DNA from: Chiloscyllium plagiosum
Lineage: Eukaryota
NCBI RefSeq assembly: GCF_004010195.1
Contig: NC_057754.1
Span: 13,020,927 to 13,084,926 of the forward strand
Reading direction: 5' to 3'
Length of the DNA stretch: 64,000 nt
Under the pieces are notes generated by a model that made no database searches, was not told where the DNA came from, and was given only the letters and a program-made list of their open reading frames with translations. Both the position numbers and the translations under genes were made by a program. Shown here one piece after another: positions 38,846-50,247 of the stretch; the stretch's first letter is position 1, and each line of letters starts with the position of its first letter.

Positions 38846-39711
38846 TAAATCGTAAGAAGAACAGATTCATTGATACATCTACAATGAGGAATTAGCAGAG
38901 ATAATTTTAATGAAATGCGTTTATGCAGAATAAAATACAAGAACAAAATGATGTCCTGTACAGACAAAAATATGCAAACTACAGAGATAAGGTTGTTAAA
39001 ATGCACTCCTCATATAGAGCTGTATAAATTGAAATGTGGATTACAGAACTATGGAAGTGGTGTGCAATATTTATCAATCAATACTTGACCAACAACTGAG
39101 ATGATAATTTCCTCTCTGTCAGTAATCCACCTCACTGAGATTCTCTGTCCCAGTCCCTCACACAGTATCGGGGGGAGGGGGGTGGGAGTGGGTTATCATT
39201 TCCTGCTGTTCTTGGCACAGGCTATGTGAAAACTCTGCTTTCTTCATGGAATCAATCTATTGGCCTAATGGGGTCTGTTTAACTCTCAGCAACCCAACTC
39301 TATGATATTATTAGGAATAAGTAACCTGGGGTTACAGCCAGTATCAGCACAGTGCTCACATGGCATGGTGCCCCAGACAAAGGGCTTGCAGTCGAGAGCA
39401 ATTTCTAAATAAAACTTCTAACTTCTGTCTGTCCATATCTATCTACTGTTATGCTGTCTTCTGATTTATCTACCGTCACCCTCATCTAACACCTCTTCCT
39501 CTCCCACTCAGTCAGCTACTCCCCTTTCTATCCTCTCTCAGTTTATCTCCCTTCAATTTATTTCTCTCTGTTTATTTCTCTCTCACATTTATCGCCACAC
39601 ACTCTCTCTATCTCCTATTGTGCAGTTGGAGAACTTGTGACTCCGTGATGGGCTGAATGACCTCCATCCATGCTGTAATAATTCTGAGGGTCTCTGACCC
39701 ACAATAAATAC

Positions 39712-39978
39712 CTTAGGTGCATGGACAGATAAGTTGGTCCGGTGACAGGTACAGTGCACTGTCAGCCATTATTAGCCATTACTTTTCTGATGTGCAGCTG
39801 CCTTGAAATGTCTGTTCAAACAAAACAGACTGAATAAAATTCGATCATTCGGGAGGACGTCCATCACCGTGTATTTTAATCAGAATTTAATGAAGGATGA
39901 GATTCCAGAATAACATAAGCAATGAATGCAAAACAGGGCATCACAAGAAATTGCAGCTGAGTACAACATGTGTTTCCA
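39712..39978 (-). pseudogene. decayed Ig-like exon
   Basis: ETHVVLSCNFL*CPVLHSLLMLFW (Cys-x15-Trp), NDRILF, LHIRKV..MADSALY-C with a small tandem duplication and frameshift; donor AAG|GTATTT. Confidence 0.6.
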
Positions 39979-42790
39979 AGTAGGCCTCATGGTATTATCG
40001 CTAGATTATCAATCCAGAAAGTCAGCTCCTGTTCTGTAGACCCATGTTCGAATCCCGCCACTGCAGATGGTGGAAATTCAATTTAAGAATTTAAAAATAT
40101 CCCTGTAATTAAAAATATACTGATGAGACTGAAATCATTGCCGATTGTCATAAAAATCCATTTGGTTCACCAATATTCTTCAATGGAGGAATCTTCCATC
40201 CTTCCGTCATATGGCTGACATGCAACTCCAGACCCAAAGCAATATGATTGACTCTCAATCGCCCTCTGAAATGGTCTAGTGAGTCATTCAGACGTACCAA
40301 TTGCTTCAAAGTTTCAAAGAAATGAAACCAGATGGACCACCTGGCATCGAAAAATTCAATATTAGAAACATCACTGTAGAACCTGCAAAGTCTTCCTTAG
40401 TAACATCTGAGGGCTAGTGCCAACATTGGTAGAACTGCCTTACAGATTAGTCAAGTAACAGCCTGACGTAGTCATTCTCACGGAGTCATACATTTCAAAG
40501 TCGACCATCAAGAGTGGTTTGGCAGCCGTACTACTGATCACGCTGGTCGAGTCCTAAAGGACATAGCCACTAGATTGGATCTGCAGACTGTAGTGAAGGA
40601 ATTAACGAGAGGGTAAAAGAAAACCTGACTTCATCCTTACAAATCTACCATCTGCAGATACATCTGACCATGAAAGCATCAGTAAAAGTGACCGCCATGC
40701 TGTCCATGTGGAGACAAAGTCTCACCGTCACATTGAGAATAAACTCTATTGTGTTGTGTGGCACTATCACTATGCTAAATGGAACTGACTTCGAACAGAT
40801 CTAGGAACTCAAGACTGAGCGTCCATGAGACACTGTGAACCATCAACAGCAGCAGTACTGTACTCAAGCACAATCTATAACGCCACGGCCCAGCATATTT
40901 GCCCCCCACCCCCAACCATTACCATCAAGCAAGAGGATCAACTCTGGTTCAATAGAGTGTGCAGGAGGGCATACGAGGAGCAGAACCAGGAATATGTAAA
41001 GATAAATTGTTAATCTGCTGAAGCTTCCAAACAGAAATACTTGTGTGTCAGATTGCGTAGACAGCAAGGGACAAACAGAGCTAAGCTATCCCACAACCAA
41101 TTAATCTGAATTAAGCTCTGCAGTCCTGCTAATCCGATTGTGAATGGTGGTGGGCGTTTAAACAACTCACCAGAATAGGAGTCTCCACAAATATCCCAAT
41201 CCTCAATGCTGGAACAGCCGAGCACATCAGTGCAAACGATTAGGCTGAAGATTTCGCAGCGATCTTCAGTCAGAAGTTTCGAGTAGATGATCCATTTCGG
41301 CCTCCTCCGGTGGTCCCCATCATTACAGATAGCAGTCTTCAGCATATTCGATTTACTGATAACATGCTGACAATAATCCTCAAGACTTGGACTCCAGAAC
41401 TTCCCGCTCCCCTAGCCAAGCTATTCCAGTACGTTTACAAACCGACAATGGGAAAAACTGCTCAGTATGTTCTGTACATGAAACGCAGGACAACATCAAC
41501 CCATCCAAATACCGCCTCATCAGTGTACTCTCCATTATCAGTACAGTCATGAAAGGTGTCATCAACAGTGTTGTCAAGCAGCACCTGCTCAGCAAAAACA
41601 TGTTCAGGGACGTCCAGTTTGGGTGTTGTCAGGGTCACTCACCTCCTGACCTCATCACAGCCTTGGTTCAAACATAGAAAAAGGAACTGAATTCCTGCCC
41701 TTGACATCAAGTCTGCATTCTGCCAAATGTGATAACAAAGAGCCCAAGCAAAAAGGGTATCACGGGCCAACACCCCATTATTGGAGTCATACCTGACAGA
41801 TAGGAAGATGGTCATTGTTGTTGGTGGCCAGTCATCTCAGCTCAGAACATCTCTGCAGTAGTCCCTTAGGATAATGTCCTAGTTCCAAACATTTCAGCTG
41901 CTTCAACAATGACCTTCCTTCCATCATAAGGTCTGAATCGGGGATATTCGATGATGCCTGAACAATGTTCAGCACCATTCGCAAATGCTCAGATACTGAA
42001 GCAGTTCATGCCCAAATGCAACAAGACCTGGACAATATCTAGGCTGTCAAGTGGCAAGTAACATTCGTGCCACACCATCACCAATAAAAAAAATATAATC
42101 ACTTGTTATTCAGCAGCATTATCATAACTAAATTCCCCCACTATCAATATCCTGGGGGGTATCATTGATAAGAAACTCAACTGGATTCGCCACATTAAAA
42201 GAGAGCAGATCAAGAGGCTAGGAATACTGCGCGAGCAACTCACCTCCTGACTTCCCAAAGCCTGTCCAACATCTACAAGGCACAAGTCAGGAATGAGATG
42301 GAATAATCCTCACTTGCCTGAATGAGTGCAGCCCCAACAACATTAAAGAAGCTTGACACCATCCAGGACAAAGCAGCCCATTTGATTTGCATCACATCCA
42401 CAAGCATTGACTCCCTTCCGCACAGTCACTCAGGAGCCGCAGCGTGTACTATCTACTAGACACAGTGCAGAAATTCCCCAAAGATCACCAGACAGCTCCT
42501 TCGAATCTCACGAACACTTCTATCTAGAATGACAAGGGCAGTAGACTTTTGGGTACACCACCACCTTCAACTTCCCCACCAAACCAGTCGACATCCTGAT
42601 TTGGAAATTTATCGCCGTTCCTTCCCTGTTGCTGGGTCAAAACCCTAGAATTCCTTCCTTAATCACTAGTGGGTCAACGCACAACACGTAGATTGCACCA
42701 GTTCGAGAAGGTAGCTCACCACCACCTTCTCAAGGGCAACTAGGGACGGGCAAGAATTGCTGGGCCCATCCAGCGATGCCCACCTCCAAA
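39978..42790 (+). mobile_element. CR1-group LINE with tRNA/SINE-like 5' head and single degenerate EN-RT frame
   Basis: B-box GTTCGAATCC at ~40046; EN start NI*GLVP..QPDVVILTESY at ~40402; YRLISVLSIIS, QFGCCQGHS, LDIKSAF, FDDA; tail TCAAGGGCAACTAGGGACGGGCAA..CCAGCGATGCCCAC plus A-run. Confidence 0.8.
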
Positions 42791-43047
42791 AAAGATATTT
42801 TTTTAAAAAAACAGTTCTAAGTTGAGATGGGACAGGTTGTCTGATTTGAACACGAACAGGAAAACAGTGTTTCTAATATTGAACATTTTAGACATTTCTG
42901 TTATTAGAAGGGTGTTCAGTATTCGATGACATATTGTTGCTGAGTGCTGTGATAAATTGCACCTGTTTTGTTAAAATCAACAATATTAGCGTAACAGGAT
43001 CAATCCTTCGAAAATACCAGATTGAAAATGACAATCATCGTACTCAC

Positions 43048-43115
43048 AGATAGTAGCTTATATTCTACAGATTAATGGACTACTGGCTGACACTGAATCC
43101 TTCCACTGTCCATAT
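43048..43115 (-). pseudogene. 3' half of a decayed Ig exon (5' half at 44045-44194)
   Basis: DMDSGRIQCQ..VEYKLLS then GTGAGT donor; D-x-G-x-(Y)-x-C pattern. Confidence 0.45.
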
Positions 43116-43117
43116 CA

Positions 43118-44045
43118 CAGGGGTTACCATTGACCAGAACGTGGAGTCAAATCAACATAAAAATACTAGAGCTGATCCGAGACTTACAATTCTGCACTGA
43201 ATAATAGACCCTATGACCTAAAGAGATATAGCAATAGATTTAGGCCATTCAGCCCATCCCTTCACTCCTAAACTATGCTGTTTTGTCATTGTCTCTCTGA
43301 CTATTGGAAATATCGTTTTACACACTGACTGTCTCAATCTTTGCAGTAATCGATCAGTTTCAATCAGGCGCTCCCCCCATCCCTGGCCATTCTTCTACGT
43401 TCCATCGAGTACACACACAGCCGCTGACATGACAAGCCGTCAGCCGCAGGATGGATCACCTCCAACACCAGAGATAGTGTCCAAAACAGCTCACAATATG
43501 CCAAAAGCCGTCTGACCATCGCCCATTATATTCTCAGCAGTATGTCTCCTCCCTTGTATTCTTGTTCTCTTGAAATGAATGGTAACATTGCATTTGCTTT
43601 TGTAACTGCCAACTGAACCTGCACATTAACCATAAGAGAGGACGAGTGCTTCAAAATCCTTTTGTGCTTCAGATTTACTGGATCCTATTAGAACATAGTA
43701 TCTGTCTCTATTCCGCCTATCAAAGAGCATAATCTTTCACGATTCGATAATGTGTTCCGTCAGTCACGTGTTTTCCCAAAGTCCGAAACTGTCCAAGTCT
43801 TTCTGCAGCCTCTCCACTTCCTCAATATCATCTGTCCACCAAACCATCACAGCATCATCTGCAAACTTAGCAAAACTGCCCTCAGGTTCTTTGTTCAGTT
43901 TGTCCACGTATAATACATTTCCTGTCTAAGGACTGTCCACCATCTACAAGATGCTTGACACCATTCAGGTTGAAGCAGTGGCTTGACTGGAATTACACCT
44001 GCAAAGTCTTCACTGCCTGCACCACTGACTCTCAGTAGAAGCACA
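43118..44045. mobile_element. nested LINE fragments (plus-strand piece of the 39978-42790 family split by a minus-strand CR1 3' end at ~43205-43915)
   Basis: GGGGTTACCATTGACCAGAA and TGTCCACCATCTACAAG..GCTTGACACCATTCAGG match ~42155-42380. Confidence 0.65.
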
Positions 44046-44194
44046 CCCTACCCCGTTTTATTGTGAGTTTACTTCATTGTGGCGCACAATCCCAGTCTAT
44101 TGATGGCACTCTGTCTGGACACTAACTGTGGTGCTCACAGCAACCAATGTCACTGTGTGTTGATGACGATGGAGGGAGGTGTGGGAAGGAATGT
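44045..44194 (-). pseudogene. 5' half of a decayed Ig exon
   Basis: acceptor TTATTCTTTATAG|; (D)IPSHTSLHRHQHTVTL-CEHHS*CPDRVPSIDW (Cys-x14-Trp). Confidence 0.5.
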
Positions 44195-44224
44195 CTATAA
44201 AGAATAATTGTGTGACTGCCAGGC

Positions 44225-44965
44225 TGAAAACTGCCCCGACAGCCTCGGATGTACCTGTGCCTGCCGTCACACCTACAGACATGATCAGTCTTCCTGAGAG
44301 TCAAGTCAAGGAAAGCGACGGATCTGGACGATGCTCCAGTCTATGCACTCAGATCCTATGAGGACCAACTGACAGAGGTATTCACATGCAACTTCAGCTT
44401 CTCCCTCTTACAAGCCGAAGTCCCAACCTGCTTCAAGAAGACCATTATCATCCTCGTAAGTGAGAAAGCACATGTAACGTGCCTTAATGACTACCGCCTA
44501 ACTTCAATAAACATGAAGTGATTTGAAAGGCTGCTTATGGCCCACATCACCTCCAATCTCCCAGCCTGACCTGATCCCATATAATTTGCCGACTGATGTA
44601 ACAGCTCCAGAACAGAGCCATATCCCGATCCCTGCACTCATCCCTGGGAAATCTGGACAACAAGGACACCTACACCAGGCTCATGCTCATTGACTACAGC
44701 TCCACCTTCATCATCCCCTCCAGACTGATCTCAAAATTCTGTGACCTTAGTCGCGGCTCCACCCTCTGCAACGAGATTCCCCGTTTTCAGACCCACATAT
44801 ACCACAACCTCTGAAGATAGGTATCTGCACCTAGACCACAATCATACTCAACACTGTCTACCCCAATGATGCGTCCTCAACCCCCTACTGTACTCCCTCT
44901 ACACACACGACTTTGTTGCCAAATTCCAAACAACGCCAGCTGCCAGTTTGCTGATGACATGCCCA
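44225..44965 (+). mobile_element. Rex1/Babar-type LINE RT fragment
   Basis: VPTCFKKTIII, CLNDYR, MK*FERL, LDNKDTYTRLMLIDYSSTF, LYSLYTHD, FADD. Confidence 0.8.
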
Positions 44966-44973
44966 TGTAAATA

Positions 44974-45189
44974 CAGGTATCCCCTGCTTTTCAGAAGTTC
45001 GCTTTTCGCCGCTTCCCTTTCCAAATGACCTACATTAGGACCAGTTTTCGCCAATCAAAAGAAATCCAAAGAGAATTTTCAGTTCCGAAGAAAGCCGAAT
45101 TTTTTTCCCATACAAATTAATGCTTCTTCACTTTACACCATATAACTTATGAAAGGAACATTGTACTTTCAGATAGCGAGAGAAACCTG
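44974..45189. mobile_element. Tc1/mariner (Tigger/pogo-like) MITE
   Basis: TA|CAGGTATCCCCTGCTTTTC ... GATAGCGAGAGAAACCTG|TA; imperfect TIRs and TA duplication. Confidence 0.65.
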
Positions 45190-45730
45190 TATATGTCTAA
45201 GACAATGTTTAAAGCTATTTGATCTCCCTGTATCTCTTCCGTGAGTATGGTCATCTTCTTATATTCCTTAATGGGATATGGGTAGCACTGTCTGGGCCAG
45301 CATTATTTCACTTTTCCAGCTGCTCTTGAGAAGACCACGAGCCACTGTAGTCCACGTGTTTGATTTGATTTAGTTGATTTTAGTCAAATGTACAATGGAA
45401 AGTTTTGTTTTCTGAGTAGTGCAGGAACATGATAGTAAACAAGAAAACACAGCTCATGGGGTACTTCAACAGAGTAAGGCATATAAGGTTATAGCTGCAC
45501 AGGAGATGTACAAAGCAAGATCGCTAGTCTCAAGACTAGTGTTATTTGAAAAGTTAGAGATGTCAATTCGGCAGTGTAATTACGGTAGGGAAGGTGTTCC
45601 TGAGTATTCTGGTCCATGTTTTCAAACTTCTCTCTGTTCTCCCTGTTGGAAGAGGTTGTAGGAAATAATGACCGGTTTGGGAGAGATTTGTTTTGTTATT
45701 AGCCTCTTGGCGACAATGAGAAGTATAAAT

Positions 45731-45841
45731 TAGATTGATTAGATTACATTACAGTGTGGAAACAGGCCCTTCGGCCCAACAAGTCCACACCAACCCGCCG
45801 AAGCGCAACCCACCCATACCCTTACATTTACCCCTTACCTA
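45731..45841 (-). mobile_element. 3' portion of HE1/V-SINE-type SINE
   Basis: near-identical to ~20850-20960. Confidence 0.8.
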
Positions 45842-46920
45842 GTTTGTGAGAAGATTTGTAGCTCGGGTGCTCGTTGTTGTGGTTCTGTTCGCCGAGCTGG
45901 AAGTTTTTGTTGCAAACGTTTCGTCCCCTGGCTAGGTGAGATCATCAGTGCTTGGGAGCATCCTGCGAAGCGCTTCTTTGATGTTTCCTCCGGTGTTTAT
46001 AGTGGTCTGTCCCTGCCGCTTCCGCTTGTCAGTTTCAGCTGTCCGCTGTAGTGGTTGGTATATTGGGTTCAGGTCGATGTGTTTGTTGATGGAGTTTGTG
46101 GATGAATACCATGCCTCTAGGAATTCCCTGGCTGTTCTCTGTCTGGCTTGCCCTATGATAGTAGTGTTGTCCCAGTATGAACATCAACTAGCCATGAAAC
46201 GACACGACCAGCTATCCTTAGTAGCCACACACACAGACAACAAGCAACATGAATTCGACTGGGACAACACTACTATCATAGGGCAAGCCAGACAGAACAG
46301 CCAGGGAATTCCTAGAGGCATGGCATTCATCCACAAACTCATCAACAAACACATCGACCTGGACCCAATATACCAACAACTACAGCGGACAGCTGAAACT
46401 GACAACCGGAAGCGGCAGGGACAGACCACTATAAACACCGGAGGAAACACCATTAGGACTTGGTCTGTGTGTGTGGCTTTCCTGTATACCCTTGTAGTGC
46501 ATTCTCCGTTTGGTGTTCTCCATACCATCATGTCTAGGAATGGGAGTTGGCTATACTTTTCTTCTTCTCTCGTGAATCGGTTTCCTGTGAGTGTGGCTTT
46601 GATGATCCGGTGTGTTTTTTCTATTTCCGTGTTTTTAATGATTACAAACGTGTCATCGAATACATGTAATCAAATTCGATGTGTTTGTTGATGGATTTCC
46701 TGTTGGAATGCCATGCTTCTAGGAATTCTCGTGTGTGATTCTGTCCAGCATGTCCTAGATGGATATGCAGACCCAGTCAAAATTATGTACTTCCTCAACC
46801 GTATGTAAGGATACTAGTGATAGTGGGTCATGTCTTTTTTCTGGCTGTTCATGTATCCAGGTGGCTAGTTTTCTGCCTGTTTTTCTGATGTAGTGTTTGT
46901 TACAATATTTGCAAGGCTTA
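45842..46920 (-). mobile_element. rearranged Penelope retroelement (RT and GIY-YIG fragments, terminal repeat, internal inversion)
   Basis: DDTFVIIK..LPFLDMMV..VYRKATHTDQVL; EHQLAMKRHDQLSLVATH..HEFDWDN; 45981-46175 inverted at 46259-46450; an older GIY-YIG piece at ~46670-46920. Confidence 0.85.
45912..45951 (-). ncRNA. minimal hammerhead ribozyme-like motif in Penelope terminal repeat
   Basis: GCA-CTGATGA-TCTCACCTAGCCAGGGGAC-GAAACGTT-TGC; stem I GCA/TGC, palindromic AACGTT. Confidence 0.6.
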
Positions 46921-48051
46921 TTCTTCCTGGAGCAGAACAGACAAGATGGGAACTTATTGCGGTGCTCAAAAATATGAAAAAAGTTGCAGAGTAAAACAAG
47001 AATACTCTGTGTTAGTTGGCATTACAACATCAAAGAGTTGTACTTTCAAGATTGTCAGCAAATGAGCTGGGACTGAGATAAGGAAATACCTCTGCATTGA
47101 GAGAGTTGTTAGGATTTGGAATAGACTGACTGGGAGAGTTGTAGATAACGATTCAACAGAGATCTGGATATTTATTTGGAAATTATGAATTTAATGGGGT
47201 ACAGAGATAGGGCTGGCAAATGGACGATGCTTGTGAGACATTACTGGAGCTGGTTCACAAACAGTGGCCAATGGCCTCCTCCTGTACTTTAAAGTTTTGT
47301 ACTCTATCATGTGACGGATGCAAATAAAAGTCAGTATCTCATTATTTCCCATTGTAAATGTTCACAAATATCTGATTATTTGGTGCGGGATAAGCATTTA
47401 AAATGCAAGTATTGCAAGATCAGCTTCATTATGTAGTCTATTTATTACGCAGAACATGAATATTTTAAATGTTATATTCTGATTACTAAAACAAAAATGT
47501 CATTTCTTTGGCACAAATCTTTTTGAGAAGGTCCGACTTTTCCCTCACACGAAAATATGTCCATTTTTTTTCTCTGTCCACATTCACATTAAGTATCATT
47601 CTTTCTAAAAATCGAAAGTTTTCAAATTATTGTTCATTAAAGTTTAATAACATAAATCATTCACTGTGCATGTAGAATTGTTGCCATTTCTAAATTGCTG
47701 GCTATTAGCTGAAGCTCGTACATTTCAGTGAGACATTAAACAAATTGATTATATATAAATGTATAAGAACGCTAAGCCTGTTTGATTGCTCAATCGTTTA
47801 CTCACTCTGAACATCTAATCATTCAGAAGCCAAACATTTTCAAAATGTTGGAGTGGCAATGCATTGTCTTGAATCCTGACATTGAATATATAATTCTGAT
47901 CCCCACAACAATTCGGTCCCATATTCTTTGTTCGATATAAAATGAAATGTGCATTCTTTATATTTGTGTTACAAAATCTTGACAGGAGTTTATACTTTAT
48001 TCCCTTAAATATAGAATCGACCTAATTCTAGTTCAATTGAGTAATCATACT

Positions 48052-48690
48052 TCACATCTCATTTTTGCCCAACTCACGAAACATGGCTAACAGCTGATTA
48101 TTGTCCGGGTCAGTAAACTCAAGACCTTGTAATGAGCTATGCTGAAAATGGTTTCCAAAAGATTTGGAATCATTTACAGTGTTACTGGAATTCACGGCTG
48201 CCTGTGATGCTGAGTGACACCTAAATCTGTGCAAAGAGCTTCTAACCTGGGTCAGGGCAGTCAGTCAAAAATTCCTTCACAACAAATAATTTGGAATCCA
48301 CCTTGGGAAAGGCGGGAGCTCGCTAACAGACTATCACTGGTCTCAGTGTAGCTACAAATGATGTCCAAATTAGATACCAATGGCTGACCAGCAACCAGGT
48401 TTTAAACATTTATCTTCAGTCAGAGCTTGGCCCAGCGGGCAGATGTGTCGACTTGCAGTGTCAGAATCACATCACACAACTTACTTATGGTGATGACATC
48501 TGGCCTGCCTCCCAGACTCCATATATCTGCATCCTGGACCGGATGCTGGGAAAAGACGTTAAAAAGTTGATGGTCTGATGCACTACCTTGTGTCTCACAA
48601 ATAAACCTCATTATCACCAGTATCAAAACGAAATTTTACATCTCTGTGGATGGCCAGAGATTAATACATGGTTCATCAAACAGAATGTAT
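48052..48690 (-). pseudogene. possible decayed terminal coding exon of an unidentified gene
   Basis: acceptor TGTTTTCTTCAG| near 48690; long unique stretch with colinear broken frames; followed by an AT-rich UTR-like tract with AATAAA (minus) at ~47996 and ~47441; no family recognised. Confidence 0.2.
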
Positions 48691-48919
48691 CTGAAGAAAA
48701 CAGCAGCAAACGGCAAGCTAAGAAGCACGTTAATAACTGAACTTGGCGGATACTGTCTGGTGTATGTCACCACACACACATTATACTGGCACTCAGGTGA
48801 CTGTAATAATGCACACCGTAAATGTAAGTTTTGACCTAACGCCTCTTCAAAGCTTCCTGATCTCACACACATCACTCCCTCACACACTCAAGAATTGATG
48901 AGAATTAACAAGCTTGGTG

Positions 48920-49625
48920 AATGAGGAATCACAGTACAGGCCCTTCAGCCCTTCAGCCCTTCAGACCTTAAAATCCTGCCGACCTTTTATCCTATTCTAA
49001 GATCAGACTAACCTACATACCTTTCATTATACGATAATTCATGTGCCTATCCACACACCCACAATCTCTGTGTAAAGGACCTATCTCGGACATCTCCCAT
49101 AAACGTTCCACCAATTACCTTAAAATCATGCCCCCTCATGATAGCCATTTCCGCTCTGGGAAAATGTCTCTGGCTATCCACTCTATCTATGCCTCTCGTC
49201 ATCTTGTCCACCTCTATCAAGTCTTTTCCATTCTTCTGCGTTCCAACGAAAAAAGAACCAAGTTCCCTCGAATTTTTATGCAAGACCTGCCCTCCAGTCC
49301 AAGCAGCGTCCTGATAAATTTCCTCAGTAAAGTCACCAATGCTTCCAATTCTTTCCTATAATGAAGCGACCAGAACCGAACACAACATTCTAAGTGTGAT
49401 CTCACCAGGGTTCCTTAGAGCTGCAGCATAACCTCACTTTTTAAACACCATCCCCTTTCTAATGCAAACATGATCCGGCTTCTTAAGAACCTTATCAACC
49501 TGTGTGGCAACTTTATGGGAACTATGGCATGGATCATCACATCCCCTGTTCCTCCACAATGCATGAATCCTGCATTTAACCGTGTAATATGCATTCAAAT
49601 TCGACCTTGCAAAATGAATCGCTTC
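48920..49625 (-). mobile_element. CR1 3' end
   Basis: VRSHLECCVRFWSLHYRK. Confidence 0.75.
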
Positions 49626-49747
49626 ACAAGGACACAAGCAGCATAACAGTTTTAGGCCACTTAACAACATTTCATTGCTCATGATTGCATTAAAAAGGAA
49701 CTCATTGGAATTTTTAATAAAGGCATTGTGATAATTTAGTGAAACTT

Positions 49748-50247
49748 NNNNNNNNNNNNNNNNNNNNNNNNNNNNNNNNNNNNNNNNNNNNNNNNNNNNN
49801 NNNNNNNNNNNNNNNNNNNNNNNNNNNNNNNNNNNNNNNNNNNNNNNNNNNNNNNNNNNNNNNNNNNNNNNNNNNNNNNNNNNNNNNNNNNNNNNNNNNN
49901 NNNNNNNNNNNNNNNNNNNNNNNNNNNNNNNNNNNNNNNNNNNNNNNNNNNNNNNNNNNNNNNNNNNNNNNNNNNNNNNNNNNNNNNNNNNNNNNNNNNN
50001 NNNNNNNNNNNNNNNNNNNNNNNNNNNNNNNNNNNNNNNNNNNNNNNNNNNNNNNNNNNNNNNNNNNNNNNNNNNNNNNNNNNNNNNNNNNNNNNNNNNN
50101 NNNNNNNNNNNNNNNNNNNNNNNNNNNNNNNNNNNNNNNNNNNNNNNNNNNNNNNNNNNNNNNNNNNNNNNNNNNNNNNNNNNNNNNNNNNNNNNNNNNN
50201 NNNNNNNNNNNNNNNNNNNNNNNNNNNNNNNNNNNNNNNNNNNNNNN
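49748..50247. other. assembly gap (500 N)
   Basis: run of N. Confidence 1.

Noticed and set aside
39745..39800. CD4/LAG-3-type W-x-C reading (NNG*QCTV)
   Set aside because: The alternative frame gives the canonical DSALY-C motif once a small tandem duplication is allowed; no basis for naming CD4 or LAG3
45936..46691. 251-aa ORF
   Set aside because: Chimeric read-through of inverted Penelope fragments
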